64,000 bases of DNA, from contig JAYWIR010000006.1 in NCBI GenBank assembly GCA_036172245.1, positions 5,456,001 to 5,520,000 of the forward strand. Reading direction: 5' to 3'. Both the position numbers and the translations under genes were made by a program. Every line of letters begins with the position of its first letter. Position 1 is the first letter of the stretch. The DNA is from Raillietiella orientalis (Eukaryota). The notes beneath the pieces were generated by a model. It saw only the letters and a list, made by a program, of their open reading frames with translations. It ran no database searches and had not been told where the DNA came from. This document shows positions 11,986 through 23,800 of this stretch, piece by piece.

Positions 11986-14960
11986 TATTATGAAAATAAT
12001 AAACATAGGGGTGTAGGGACATAGGCCTATGTCGTCCAAAAATGGCAGTTACCGGCACGCAGGCCGGTTACTCGGCAGCAAAGGTGGGGGGGAGACAAAA
12101 AAAATAAAAATAAAACAAAATAAAACAAAAAAAATACGAAAAAAATTAACGAAAAAAAATAAGAAAAAAAATTGGGAGTGTGGGGGAAGGGATCACCGGA
12201 AGCTGGAGGGCGTCCTCTGCATCCTTTCCCGAATGACGGCAAGTTCCATCTGGTATGCCTTAAGTGGGGCCATCTTGCTGCCGTCCACAGGAAGTGCAGG
12301 GCGAAGCAGATGGCGTCCCTATTGCGCCATCCTACCTTTGCGTAGCTCCAGGCCGCCACAATCCCACGTAGGCAGAAAAGAGCTGCTAGGGATGCGGTAG
12401 GCGAAAGAGCATCGCGCACGAAGAGGAGGTTCATCACGTACCTGGGATTGTCCGTCGGTGCACCAAGGACCGTTGCGTGACGCAGCCACAGGGGCTGGGG
12501 CTATAAGCAGGTGTAAGAGGAATTACCATTTCTTCCACCTGCAACAGTTGGGATCCACTGCACCCCGGGTCCAGTAAGACCGTCAGGCGTTACACAAGAG
12601 ATCCCAGTGCAACAGCAGAAGTGCCAACTCCTGTCACTTCAGGGGGAGGACCCGGTTCTTCTCCAGAACTGGGGGGGGGGGGACCACTAGTGGTCTTTCT
12701 GCGGGATTCCCAGCAGCTCACCCCAGCACAGTAGTCCCTTCGGTGGGGCAGTTGGTGTCGTAGCATCCGTGATCCAACTACCTAATTCCTTTGCACTTGC
12801 ACCAATCTCACATCGGACCTCACATCTGGTCGGATGGTTACTGCCCAAGTGCTCCCTGAGGGAGGACAGTGCCACTGCTAGGGGAGGTGCTTTGCGCCCA
12901 CGCACACGTGGTGGGCGGCACGATCACGTCCAGCAGCGAGAGGTTGCTGTAGGAGTGAAGCAGTCGCTGCCGCATCTTCGGGCTCGCTTCGTTATTCTTG
13001 GTCCATGTGCGAACGGTTTCCTGAAACCAGGCATTACCGTTCGTAGGCCGACAGAAGATCCAGTTGTTAGTCCTGATTAGCTTGGCCACTCACCGGAGCT
13101 CCAGTTCGCAGCAGGACATGTTGCATTGGCGCCTCCGTGCCAGGTACGAAGACAGTCCCGCGTAGCCGGTGGCTCGCTTGAACAGGTATCGTGCAGGCTC
13201 GCACCAGTTAGTGACCTAAATCTTCGCCATTAGGGCAAGCGTCTTACGCTGGAATTGCTGCTCCAGGCGCTCCAGAGTCAAGAGGAGGAGACCTCCGTCG
13301 CGACACTCAGAGCACAAGTCCTTCAGAAGGAATCGGGGCCTCCCTCTGCTCCAAAGGGCGATCCTCAAGGGATCCTTTACACCGCAGGGAGGGGGGCAAA
13401 CAAAAAGCAGGTTGTGAAAAAGGGGGAGCCACGAACGTGTTTCATACCGCGGCCCGTTCCGGAAAGTGGAACTTGCCCCCCAGGAACGGGCCGATCGCCT
13501 TCTTGGCCTTCTGGAGGCAGCTGGACCACGCCTCCGCCGGAGAGTAGTCCCCCAACGACACACCGAGGTACTAAAAGTATCGCACCGTGGAGATCCCCTA
13601 GAGGAACCAGTCCTGCTGCCCTGCCCACGTCGCTCCAGCTGCCACCACCGATGACTTTGCCTTGTTCACCCGCAGCCCAGTCCCGCGGCTTAGCAGATCG
13701 AAGAAAGTTTCGACTGGGGCTGCCGGGGAGGACATGGGCAGCAGGAATAGAAGATCGTCGGCACATGCCGACACGGCAGGCGTGCCGCGGCACGAGCTCG
13801 TCAGGGCAGCCAAAGGCGCCCTATACGCTCTCAGCACCAACTCAAAGTAGGTGCTAAAGAGCAGGGGACTGAGGCTATCGCCCTGCCGTATCCCGCGGCG
13901 CACCGGCACGCCGTACACGTTTTGTCCCCTGAAAGAGATGTTCGTCAGCGCGGCTCGCCAGCAGGAGCGCAAATACGCCGTTAAGGAGGGTGGGAAGCCC
14001 ATGCGATGCAGGAGCTCCAGAAGAAGCCCCTGGTCTACGCAGTCGAGCGCCTTATGGAGATCGACTGCGATCGCTAGGGATCCCTTGCCCGCCCGACTGT
14101 CCCCACCTTGACCAGCGGTCTCTCCAAATTGGGGTTGCCGACAGTTCCCTTCCGCTCTTTAACTTCGCATTGCACATGAAACCATGTGCTGACGAAGAAC
14201 AGATTGGCCCCCATACTTCGCCCGGGAACGGCGTAAGTCTGCGCCCGGGCTGCGGGCTAATTACGGATTCGCCTACCTGTCCGAGCCGCGCAGCCCACAG
14301 TTTCGCGACCAACTTGACGTCCGTGTTCACGACCGTGATCGGACGCCAGTTGTTTAACTTACGGAGGTCTCCTCCCTTGGGAAGGAGCCTCATTCTAGCT
14401 GACCGGAACGAGGCGGGAACATCGGCTTTTTCCCGGATCAGCTATGTCAACCTAAGCACCAAGGGGGTCATCTCTGCAGCGAAGCCTTAAAAAACTCCGC
14501 GGGTAGGCCGTCCTCCCCTGGAGCCTTCCGCCTCTTGAGCCCTTTTATGAAAGTCAACTTCCGATCCCTGCCGGTCAACGGAGTAGGCCGGGGTCTCCCA
14601 CCAGTGCCGCAACCGAAGTCAACCGAGGGGACCACCATTGGCCATCTTGCGCTCCCCATTTCTCGGCGTCGACCCTTGCTCCCCCACGAGAGGGATTCGA
14701 AACCACGACGCCCGATACTACGGCCGCCGACGTTGGCGCACAGCCGCGCGCAGGAAAGCACGACGGGCCGAAGTGGCCCGTCGAGCTGCGCAGAGCACAA
14801 GCAGAGTGAGAGAGACCGAACGGCTTCGCGGGAGAGGCCGGCTGTGACCACAGCCACAATGAAGACATGCGAAGAGAGGGACGATGGAGACGGCCCCCTT
14901 CCGACAGCGGCTCGTTCACGGAGCGAGCAAAGTTGTCATCCGGCGCCTGGGGGCACATAT
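11985..14960 (-). mobile_element. 5'-truncated decayed L1/Tx1-like LINE ORF2 (reverse transcriptase) with 3' UTR
   Basis: KAPGEDGLPAEFFK; LLPKGGDLRKLNNWRPITVVNTDVKLVAKLWAARL; RGIRQGDSLSPLLF; ACADDL (YADD position); GLRVNKAKS; TF*YLGV. Stops and frameshifts are present; T-rich tail at 12097-12172. Confidence 0.93.
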
Positions 14961-14964
14961 CCGA

Positions 14965-15719
14965 CATAAAAAAAAAATAAACACACACAATCTCTGTGCT
15001 GGGACCGGTGGTCCAACCACGCCCATTTCAAAGGGAACCTGCCAGGTAGCCTGTGCGCAGACCGATGAGATCCGTCACGGCATCACAGATGAAAGGGGCA
15101 AACAGAAAGAAAAGAAGGGAATAAAAATTAAAAAAATAAATAAATAAACTTGGTGGGGTTGCAGGAAGCAGTCACATCATGCTGGGGGGGGGGGGGAAGA
15201 TCCTCCGCATCTTTTCGAAGATGCCGGCAAGCTTTTGCTGCATGCTGTCCTTCAAGTGGAACCATCTTGTTACCATCCATCCTCAGGAAGCGGATGGCAA
15301 AGTGGATGCGGCAACCCTATCGCTCGGTCCTCACCCTTGTGTGACTCCACGCCGAGGCGATCGCATGTAGTCAGCAGGGGGCTGCTAGCGAGAATGCCTG
15401 CCAAAGGGTGTTTCGTAGGAGAAGGGGTCATAAAGCGTCGTTGCAGTTGCCACCGGGGGCTATAAGTAAAGCAGCAAGGCGTTCCCAGAGGGGTCGCGAG
15501 GCAGCCCAGTCCACAAGCAGTTTCTGGAGGGATTCCCACTTTTCTAACCTGCCACAGCTTGGGTGCACAAACCCCCCGTGTCCACTGATGCCGGGCATTG
15601 CAAAGGAGACCCAGGTGTGGCAGCATCAATGTCCGCTATTGCCACCTAATAGGAAAGGTGAGGGTGTACAAAAGCACTGGGGACCACTACAGAGAACAAA
15701 GGCACCCACCAACCGGCAG
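14965..15719 (-). mobile_element. Short 3' fragment of the same LINE family, cut at the right IR arm
   Basis: GLLCNARHQW and DGNKMVPLE are homologous to the other 3' ends; T-rich tail at 15100-15150. Confidence 0.65.
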
Positions 15720-16603
15720 AAGTCGGCGGTGCCGCTGCCCCTCTCCCTCCGATCGACCGGCGGCGGACGCCTCCCCTCGCAGGCGAAACGACTCGCGGGC
15801 GAGAGCTCGCGGAGCGGCATCGTGAGGGCGTACCCTGCGGGACGATGGACCCAAGGACCGCTCTACTGAAGGGCCCGCCTCGCGGCCCTGCTCGGGGCAG
15901 CAGAAATTGTCGGGGAGGTCCGGTGGACGCGCCGGGTGGAGGAGGCGCCCAGATGCGTGCGCGCTGGACGAATGTTCGCTGCGCCGCGATCCGCGCCCCC
16001 CTCGAGGTCATTGCAGACGGGCGAGCCGTTCGCCGCGCTTCCGGCAAAGAGCAGCTCGGGACGAAAAACTGGACGCCAGGCGGCAGCTGGGCAGAGGCCA
16101 GCTCTGCCAACCTTCGCCTCCTCGACCCGCCACGCCGGATCCCCGCAGGCCGCTGTAGCGCGATCAGACAGGCGAGAAGGACGCGGAAGGACTCGTGCGT
16201 TCACGGAGCGCGGCCACGGGGATCTCCCGCACCTCTGCGCCGCTCGAGAGACCGCGCTCGGAGAGGGATCCGCACTCCCGCGGGCCACGCGCGTGAGATT
16301 CGGACGTGACCTCAGGGAACGGGACGCGTGTCCCGCGCCAGGCGCCACTCGCACGCACGGCGGGCGATTCGGGGTCTTCATTTCCGGGTGCCTCCGGCCG
16401 GTTCCACGCGAAATCCGAGACCGCGGCGTCAGCGGCGGCGGGGAGACGCGCCGTTGCCCGGGGGCAGAGCGGTATAAATGGAGCCGCCGTGGCCGCCGGG
16501 ACCGAGCGCTCCTTCCCGAACTTCCCGCTCCGATCGGAAAAGCATCGCCCGTTCCTCTGTTCCCCGCACGACCGCTCCCGAAGGTGACCAGGCAACCGCC
16601 GCG

Positions 16604-17934
16604 ATGAAAGCGCTCTTGGGTTGGCTCCTCCTTGGACTGGTGGCTCTACAGCTGCGTAAGTGAGGCGGAGCGGGCGCGGAGCCGCCACCTCTCCTGTCCG
16701 GGGCGAAGAGCGGAAGTCGACGCGTGCCAACAAGGCAGCGCCCACCTCCGCGGCGAGTAGCGCGACTCGCTCCGCTTCGGGTGCCCGGTGGGAGCAGACG
16801 CGGCGTCCGGCGGTGGCCGGCCGGCCCCGGGAGTGGTTGGCCGCGACCCGCAGCTGTGGATGTTTCAGTGACGGTCCCCAAGCAAGTCCTTTGCGACGAT
16901 TACGACGACGACGACTACGACGAGGATGATTACGAGGGCGACAGGAATGGCTACGACGGCGATGACGGCGGCGACGACTCGGATAATGAATTGAGGAAGC
17001 AAGGCCCATCGTAAGACGAGCCTTTGTGCGGCCGCTGCCGCGCGTGTTTCGTGCGCCGTTTCCGGGTGCGCCTGGGGCGGCGTCCTTTGACGGCAACGTT
17101 CGGCGCAAGACGCCGCCTGCACCCTTCCGAGCGGCCGAAGTGCAGACGAAGCGCATTCGGAGGTGCGCGTGCCTCCGTTACTACGCGACGCGCGAGCTTC
17201 CGGATAGAGCTCCGCCACCCTCCCCTCCGGAGGGAGGGAGGGTGTCGGTAGGCGCGGCAATGCGCTCGGCTTCCCCGCGCCGCTTCCCGGCTTCTCCTTC
17301 CACGTTTGCTGCGCGGCGTCCTCGCGCCGGTGGGGCGGTCCGGAGGATGCGGGGGCACCGCCTTCCGCCCTTCGCTCGGGAAGCAGGCGGTGTCTCCCAC
17401 AGCCTCTCCGGGAAGATGCGCGGGGAAAGTTTGGTGTTTCGGCGCGCGGGAGATTCGTTTCCTTTTCTCCGCCGCATCCTTCTTGCCCGCCTGCCACCGA
17501 GCACTTCAGCGCCTCCCTGCGAGGTCGCCAGGTCAGCCTTCGCCCCGGGCTATGTTTGGCCGCGTCCTCCTCGTGATGGGGCGCGGAGGAGCGTCCGCGG
17601 CGGGGTCCGTCGTTTGCATGTACGCTGACCTGCGCGCCCTTCCGATGCCGGGCTGGGAACGGAGGCTGCACGCTGCGGTCGTTGCGAAGGTTCCCACAGC
17701 CCGCCGCTGCGGGCGTGTCGTGGTTCGCGCCTCGAAGCTCGGAAGTTGAGCCGACCCCCCCTTCCCCCTCCCCCTCTTGGTACACCGAGACGCCTCGGTG
17801 ATTCTTGCAGGAGGCAGAAGAAACCTGGACAGAGGTACACGATAATCGAGGGGCCCACTTCAATTACGATATGTAGGAGTAACAGAGACTGTCCACGGTC
17901 AGCCCCGCGCTGCGTGGGCAGAATCTGCCGGTGA
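16604..17934 (+). CDS. Small secreted acidic/cysteine-motif protein, spliced (exons 16604-16655, 16854-17010, 17811-17934; extra internal exons possible); IR copy 2
   Basis: MKALLGWLLLGLVALQL|gtaagt...cag|PVDVSVTVPKQVLCDDYDDDDYDEDDYEG...KQGPS|gtaaga...ttcttgcag|RQKKPGQRYTIIEGPTSITICRSNRDCPRSAPRCVGRICR*. Intron phases (1, then 2) join in frame; AATAAA at ~18017. Confidence 0.65.
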
Positions 17935-18704
17935 ATCATCTCTACGCTGACCGCGATGCAGCCGACGTGAGAGAAGGCAACGTCGTGCGCCTGCGAAAGA
18001 GGGAGGGGCATCCCTGAATAAAAAAGGCTCTGCGTACTGCACTTGTTGTGTTCCTTCGGAGGGTGGAGGCTGCGAAGTGGCGCAGCTCACGGCGCAGTGC
18101 GTGAGGGATGGAGGGGAGGAGGGTCGAGTCATTCCGCAAGGGGTCGACCATCAGCGTCAGCGTCGCTCGCTTGCCGCGCCCTCTCGCACCAGCATCCGCC
18201 GCATCGCGACTGCCCTGGGACCTCTTCCGTGGGTACGCCCTCGACGCGCGGCCGCTGCCTGGATGCAGCGCGTTTCCGCGAGCGGAGATGGCGATCTCCG
18301 CTGAGCCCCTGGGAGGAACTGCTGAGCATGGCGAGGTACGGGAAACGGACGGAGGGAGGGCCTTCGTGAATTTGTCTCCGGGGAACCGATGCGGTCCTCT
18401 AGCACCGCTCGCGGTCAAAACATGCGGTAACCTCGTGCACGTGCCCGTTTATCCGATGGTTAGCCTGCTGCAGTGAAGCTAAGCGGATCACGTGGCGCCA
18501 GCTCGCCGGCGAGCGGCCGCGGCGCCGTTGGTGCGGGCGCTTCACGCGGTGCGCGAGGATAGTGCCCTCGCTAGCGGGCTTCACGGCCGCAAACCGACCT
18601 GCACAGCGCAAGACCTGAGGTTTCACGAGAACAGGCGGAGCACCTTCCGCAGTGAGTGCCGAAGGGCGGACTGCGCGCATCCCAAGTTCCCTTCCACTTG
18701 ACCT

Positions 18705-19435
18705 TCAACGCTGAGGCGTGCTACTGAGCGTTCTCGGTGAGGACTTGAAGTGCCCCCCAGTGTTCGTGGACAGCAGTGCCCTCCCCTTGAAGTGGCAGGA
18801 GTCGGAGAGCTTCTGTTGTTGCACTGGGGGGTCTTCGGTCTTCCCTGCAACAGTCGCCGACGCTGGCTAAGGAGAGCCGGACTGTCTCGGATGCGGGGAA
18901 CGGGAATCCCTCCCGCGCCTGCCAGTGGACTGCGTTGCCCTCTGGCCCCTGTCGGAACGCTTCAAAACGACTAACCTTACGGATCGCGGATGTTGTTATT
19001 TGTTTTTATCGTATGTTTGACGGCTCCTCTCCGTGAGGGGCGCCCTGCAGTCAGCTGCAGCCCCAGCAGCACCCTGCTGCATCCGCAGGCATCGCGGCGG
19101 CCTGTAGCGAAGCCTACCGAGGAAGAAACGGGAGAGATGCCATCCAGTCTTTCTGGGCATGGCGGACAGATGGTCCCACCTGGAACCTATTCGGACGGAC
19201 TTAGTAGGCATCCTAGGAAGGATGCAGACTCTCTCCAGTGGACAATGGTCCCATACCGATCTTCCAAGGATTCTAATTTATTTTTGTTCACTCTTTCTTT
19301 TTCTTCTTGTTTTCTCCACCTCCCCATCCGCTGCCGAGGTGACCCCCGCCGGTCTGCGTACCGGCGACCCGGCAGGTCCGTGGACTAGGCGAGTATGGTA
19401 GGACAGATCACGTGTCCCACCACAATCTGTGAGTT
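18705..19435 (+). mobile_element. LINE 3' end, mirror copy of 5220-5950
   Basis: Lies inside the right IR arm; stem-loop ccggt-ctgcgt-accgg at 19349-19364. Confidence 0.7.
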
Positions 19436-19739
19436 TCTTTCAAATTTGGACAAACGCCCCTGCATGTCCGGGCGAAGATCGGTGCTGACCATTGCGGTTG
19501 GGCGCGAATCCGTCAGGTCGAAAGGAACGCGCGGCCACGAATTCCCTTCGACGCGAGAGCTCTGTTTGTCCGAGTTGCCGGAAGGGAGTTTCACGGCAGA
19601 CCAGGGTGCCGTCCTCTGCTTGAGGCGCAGTCGGGACGAATCCGGGTCCCCGTGGAGACCGGACCGATCGCCCTACTGTGGGGGCAGGAAGATGCTCGTA
19701 TCCAGTGCCGTGGGCTTCTGGGCTCGTGCGCGATCCCGA

Positions 19740-20600
19740 CTGCGAACCTTCGCTTATCTTACTTTTCTTCTTCTGAGGAAGCCGCAGACGGAGCTGCTGG
19801 ATCCGATCTCTCGGTTTCTTCGGTGAGGAGCGCATCAGCTGGAGATCGCTGTTTTCTCCCGAAGAGATCAGAAAATGCCGCGTTCGCGTCCCGGTGCACC
19901 CGCCCAGCCACTGGCTAACGACGCGAGGCCCTCTCTTCAGTATGACGGTGGGCTTGGTGGATGCAAAGAGGTTTATCCAAAACCACGGGCGGGAGGGGAG
20001 GGGGGAAGCGAAGAAGGTGGTTTTGCTCTGTCTACGACCCCCCTGTGCGACCTGCCGGTACTCTAGACCCACTGTCAACCTGCTTCGGAAGGCGGGTTCG
20101 CAAAACGCGCGTTCAGGAAGACTGCTTCGGGTCCCGGTGGCGTCGGGGGTCCGACCGGAGTTCGTCACAAGGACCCTGGAGAGAGAAACGTACACGCTTA
20201 GGAGAGGCTCGGGAGCACGCCCACGCGCCAGCTTCCCTTCCGGGAATGTTTCCGCTAGTGGACTGCTCCGCTTTGGGACGCTCCAGCCTTTCTTTCGCGG
20301 ATCGCTTGTGAGCCTCCTAGTCGTCCTGCAGGCGCGAGAGGGAAGGAAGAAAGGGCGAGGACCGCTCATCAGGATCCCGTGTCCAGACAAGAAGATTCCC
20401 GAAAGCCGCAAGAGGAAACAGATGGGATACGTCTCCACAGGACCGTAACAGAAACGATAGAGGGAATCTGCGCTGTGTATTTCTTGTGGGAGCCCGCGCG
20501 TGGCCCGCACATGACTTTCGTTTCTCAGCCAGCCCTTCCTCGTGAGCAGGGAGGCGCTGGTGACAGCACCAGGGAGTTTACTGGTGACCGGCGGGAGCAG
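19740..20600 (+). mobile_element. Possible decayed APE-endonuclease region of a LINE
   Basis: Weak: WFCSVYDPP resembles the 'VYAP' motif; GC-rich and adjacent to LINE debris. No clear GDFN or SDH motif. Confidence 0.25.
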
Positions 20601-20841
20601 TTACGTGCCCACGGAATGCCACAGGGAAGCGGCACTGCTGAGGTCGGCTTCCGGAACACGCTATGCTAAGAGGCGAATAAAACAGTAGCCCTTAACTAGA
20701 AGGGAGGTCACGGGTCCCTCAGCAGCCTATTCTGGGTCATGTAGCTGAGCGATGGGCGCTGCCAACGTGTGGCTTTCCTTCTGCGGGTCTTTCGTGCAGG
20801 GTGGGATTGACTTTTCACCCTATCCCATTTCGGTCGCCTCC

Positions 20842-23800
20842 TTACCCAATCATTTTCCAGTCTATGTGGAAGCACGGTAGAGGAGTGCTTTCGGGAGCAG
20901 GCGAAACGCTTCCCGAAAGCGATTCAAAACCAGCGAGGCAGAAGCCGTCATCCAACGCTTCACGATACTGCTCGACGTAAGACTTCGCCTCGTGACTGCG
21001 GGTCAGACAGGAACACCCAGCGGCCATCCCTTGTAGGCCTCGTTTTGCTTTTTTTTTTTCTTCTTCGTTTCGTTTCGTGTGAAACGGCTGTCAGGAGGAG
21101 TGTGTTTTTCCCGTTCCTCCCTGCGAATGGATTCGACACAGCTGAAGCGGTTCGATGTTGCCTGGAAGTCGTGCCTTAGAGACTGACGCCAAGTGTTGTT
21201 TGTCGAACGACGAAATGCAAAAAGAAACCGGAAGCTTCGAGACGTGCAAGAAGGTCAAAGTGAAGCTCGGATCTGTTGATCCCCTTGTGGATTTGCTTCC
21301 ATCGGAATTCGCTGGAAGTGACCGTGGCACTGCGGGGATTGGTCTCTGGAATATTCGAGTGATGCCGGGCAAACTGGGCCCGCAACTGGTGACGCACTGC
21401 ATCGCGAGCTGCCGGCAGTCATCGGTGCACTTTGCAAATGCCCTAAGTGCACCTGGATGCATCCAGGAGCAAATTGGAATCGGAGGCGCTGTTGGCGAGC
21501 TTCGTTCAGGAGGGCACAAGAGCAGGGAAAGCCCGGATGCTTGCCTCTGGACTGTGGGTCCAGCCAGACATTGGGCGGACGCGTTTTGTTCATCCAGGAG
21601 TACGAAAGGCGCGTGGAAAATGCCCACGAGAATGGATCCAGCTTGCCGCAAGCATTCCGAGGGATCCCATCCGCTTCCACCGGAACGGGCAGAAGGTGTG
21701 TGACCAATGTGGGATGGAAGGGAGGGGGAGGAGGGACTCATCTGACTTCCAACAACACCTCGTATTCATCGTAGGAAGGCATGCTCACCACGGGCTTGCC
21801 TAGAACGGAGAATTCAGCAGGAAGCGATTGCAAAGAAGCGCCGACCGGAAGGTCTTCCGCACTCCCGGGAGACGGAAAACAGAAACGAAGGGGCAGAGTC
21901 GCTGGAGACTCTTCCTCCCGCTCGAGCCGCGCACCAAAGGCGCTACCACTGCCGTGCGAATCACCGCGTACGATGCCTGCCTCCGGGTTGCGGCTCGACT
22001 TCCCGAACATGTGTGTGTGCGGGAGCGTCAACTGCGAATTTTCCGGTGAGTCGGGAGCGAGCGCGCATCGTTCGCCTGCGCTCCCGACTTTTGGGGGATC
22101 CGGCGAGAGCGGCCAACTTACCTAAGGAGAAAACGGACAAGCACAGGAAGGCGAACAGAAGGAGAAACCAGAACACCACTGCGAGGAAGATGAGGAGGAG
22201 GATGGTCACGGTGTCGAGTCCTGGAAAGCACGGGATCCCCCGTCAGCAAGTCCGAAGGGTTTCCGCGGGTTCTCAGCAGCGAAGGACGTGACGGCGCACG
22301 AAACGAAGCGTGAAACGGCGAGCGCCTCTTGGCTACTCACTCCATCTCCGCGACTCGCAGAGCTTGCCGTAGTACTCTTCAGGGCACACGCAACGCACGA
22401 CGGAATCGTATTTGAGCTTGCACTTGCCTCCGTTCAGACATGGGCACTCTACGAAGAAACCACCAACAGCGACTCTTTTCCTTTTCTCTTCTTGGGAGAA
22501 ATTCTCATCGTGAAAAGCAAAGCTGAGCTATCGGAGTCGAGGAGGCGATGCTCCAGGAATGTCGCCCTTGGAGCGCACCTGTCGTCGACTGGCAGTCAGT
22601 CGCTGGCAAGCGGAACGGGACAACCAGTGCTTACTGGCACGTGGCTGCTCCCCGTCAGCAGTCGTGGTGCGTGTTGTCTTGAGGCCGACCTGTGTCTGGT
22701 TCGGGGGTAGACTTACTGCACACAAGGGATCCGGTGACGGCGTCTATCAAGCAGTAGCGCTTGCAGTCCTTCGAACTCCTGCATCCTCACCCGTCGGGGT
22801 AAGTTTTCGACGACACTGGACTGCAATTAGATCAGTGAGTGAGCACGGAGGCCTTCTTCGGTACTCAGAACGGACAGAAGGTGATTACCGCATTTCTTGA
22901 AGCCTGTCGTGTACACCACCAAGCAGGTTCGGCTGGCGCACTGATCACTCGTCTCGCAGGAACATCCGTCCGGGCGATGGTTTGTGAGGCACAAACCTGG
23001 AAAACGTGGGACCTGTAGGGAGGGACGCGAGTCCTCGGAGTCTTCCCGTCGCCGAGGAGCTTCGCGGAGCAACATATTTCTCGGAGCTCGCGATTCTCGA
23101 GCATTCCCGGGTAGGCAAAGAGCCTTCGGAGCAGCCTCGAAAGGCTCCCTTTTCCCCTTCTCCGCGCGTGGAGTGAAGCTCTCGTGGAGCTGCTACCTTC
23201 GACGGAGGTGTCAGCTCGAGGCTGCCCTGTAGATGTTCTTCCTGAACCTTTACGCGGCAGTCTTGGTGTTGACGTCGACGGAATGGTCTGCTACCAACAT
23301 TCCAGTCAGGTTCAGGTACCAGAGCAAAGTGTGATGCAAAAAGTGCCTCCCTGCGATCACCAACGAAAACGACTCAAAAATATCCCGAAATTTTTCCTGG
23401 TCAGGAAACGAAGGAGCGTCTCGGCAAAGTAGACCTGCTGTCGGCGCAGACGACACTCTTCCAGTGCACGCCGGGCGGAACCGAATAGCAAGCAGGCGAG
23501 AGCAGCGGCATACTCACCGTCGTTGCACATTCCTTTGGTGCAGTGGTTGAAACAATCGCTGTCTGCCTCGCAAGGGCATCCCACAGGTTTCGGTACAACA
23601 GTGCAGTCCTCTGCAAATGACATGCCATTGAATTCAGGTTACGAGGAACCAACTTGTTTTCTAGGTCCGGAACTTGGGAACAAGCCGCGGGAAAGGAGTC
23701 AGCCGTCCACTTCCCTCTGCCCCTTTGCGGACGCACCCGTCGGCACTGTCATCACGAGCTCTACTTCGTCGTAAGCTGTCAGTCATTCCCGTTCTTATTC

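Larger units (their letters stand above)
15720..19731 (-). repeat. Right arm of the 4,012-bp inverted repeat
   Basis: Reverse complement of 4924-8935. Confidence 0.97.

Noticed and set aside
4924..19731. Composite transposon or Polinton with 4-kb terminal inverted repeats
   Set aside because: No transposase, integrase or polB inside, no TSD seen, and the arms contain a host-type spliced gene and LINE debris.
19440..20510. 356-aa minus-strand ORF
   Set aside because: No recognisable motifs; likely the antisense shadow of GC-rich retroelement debris.
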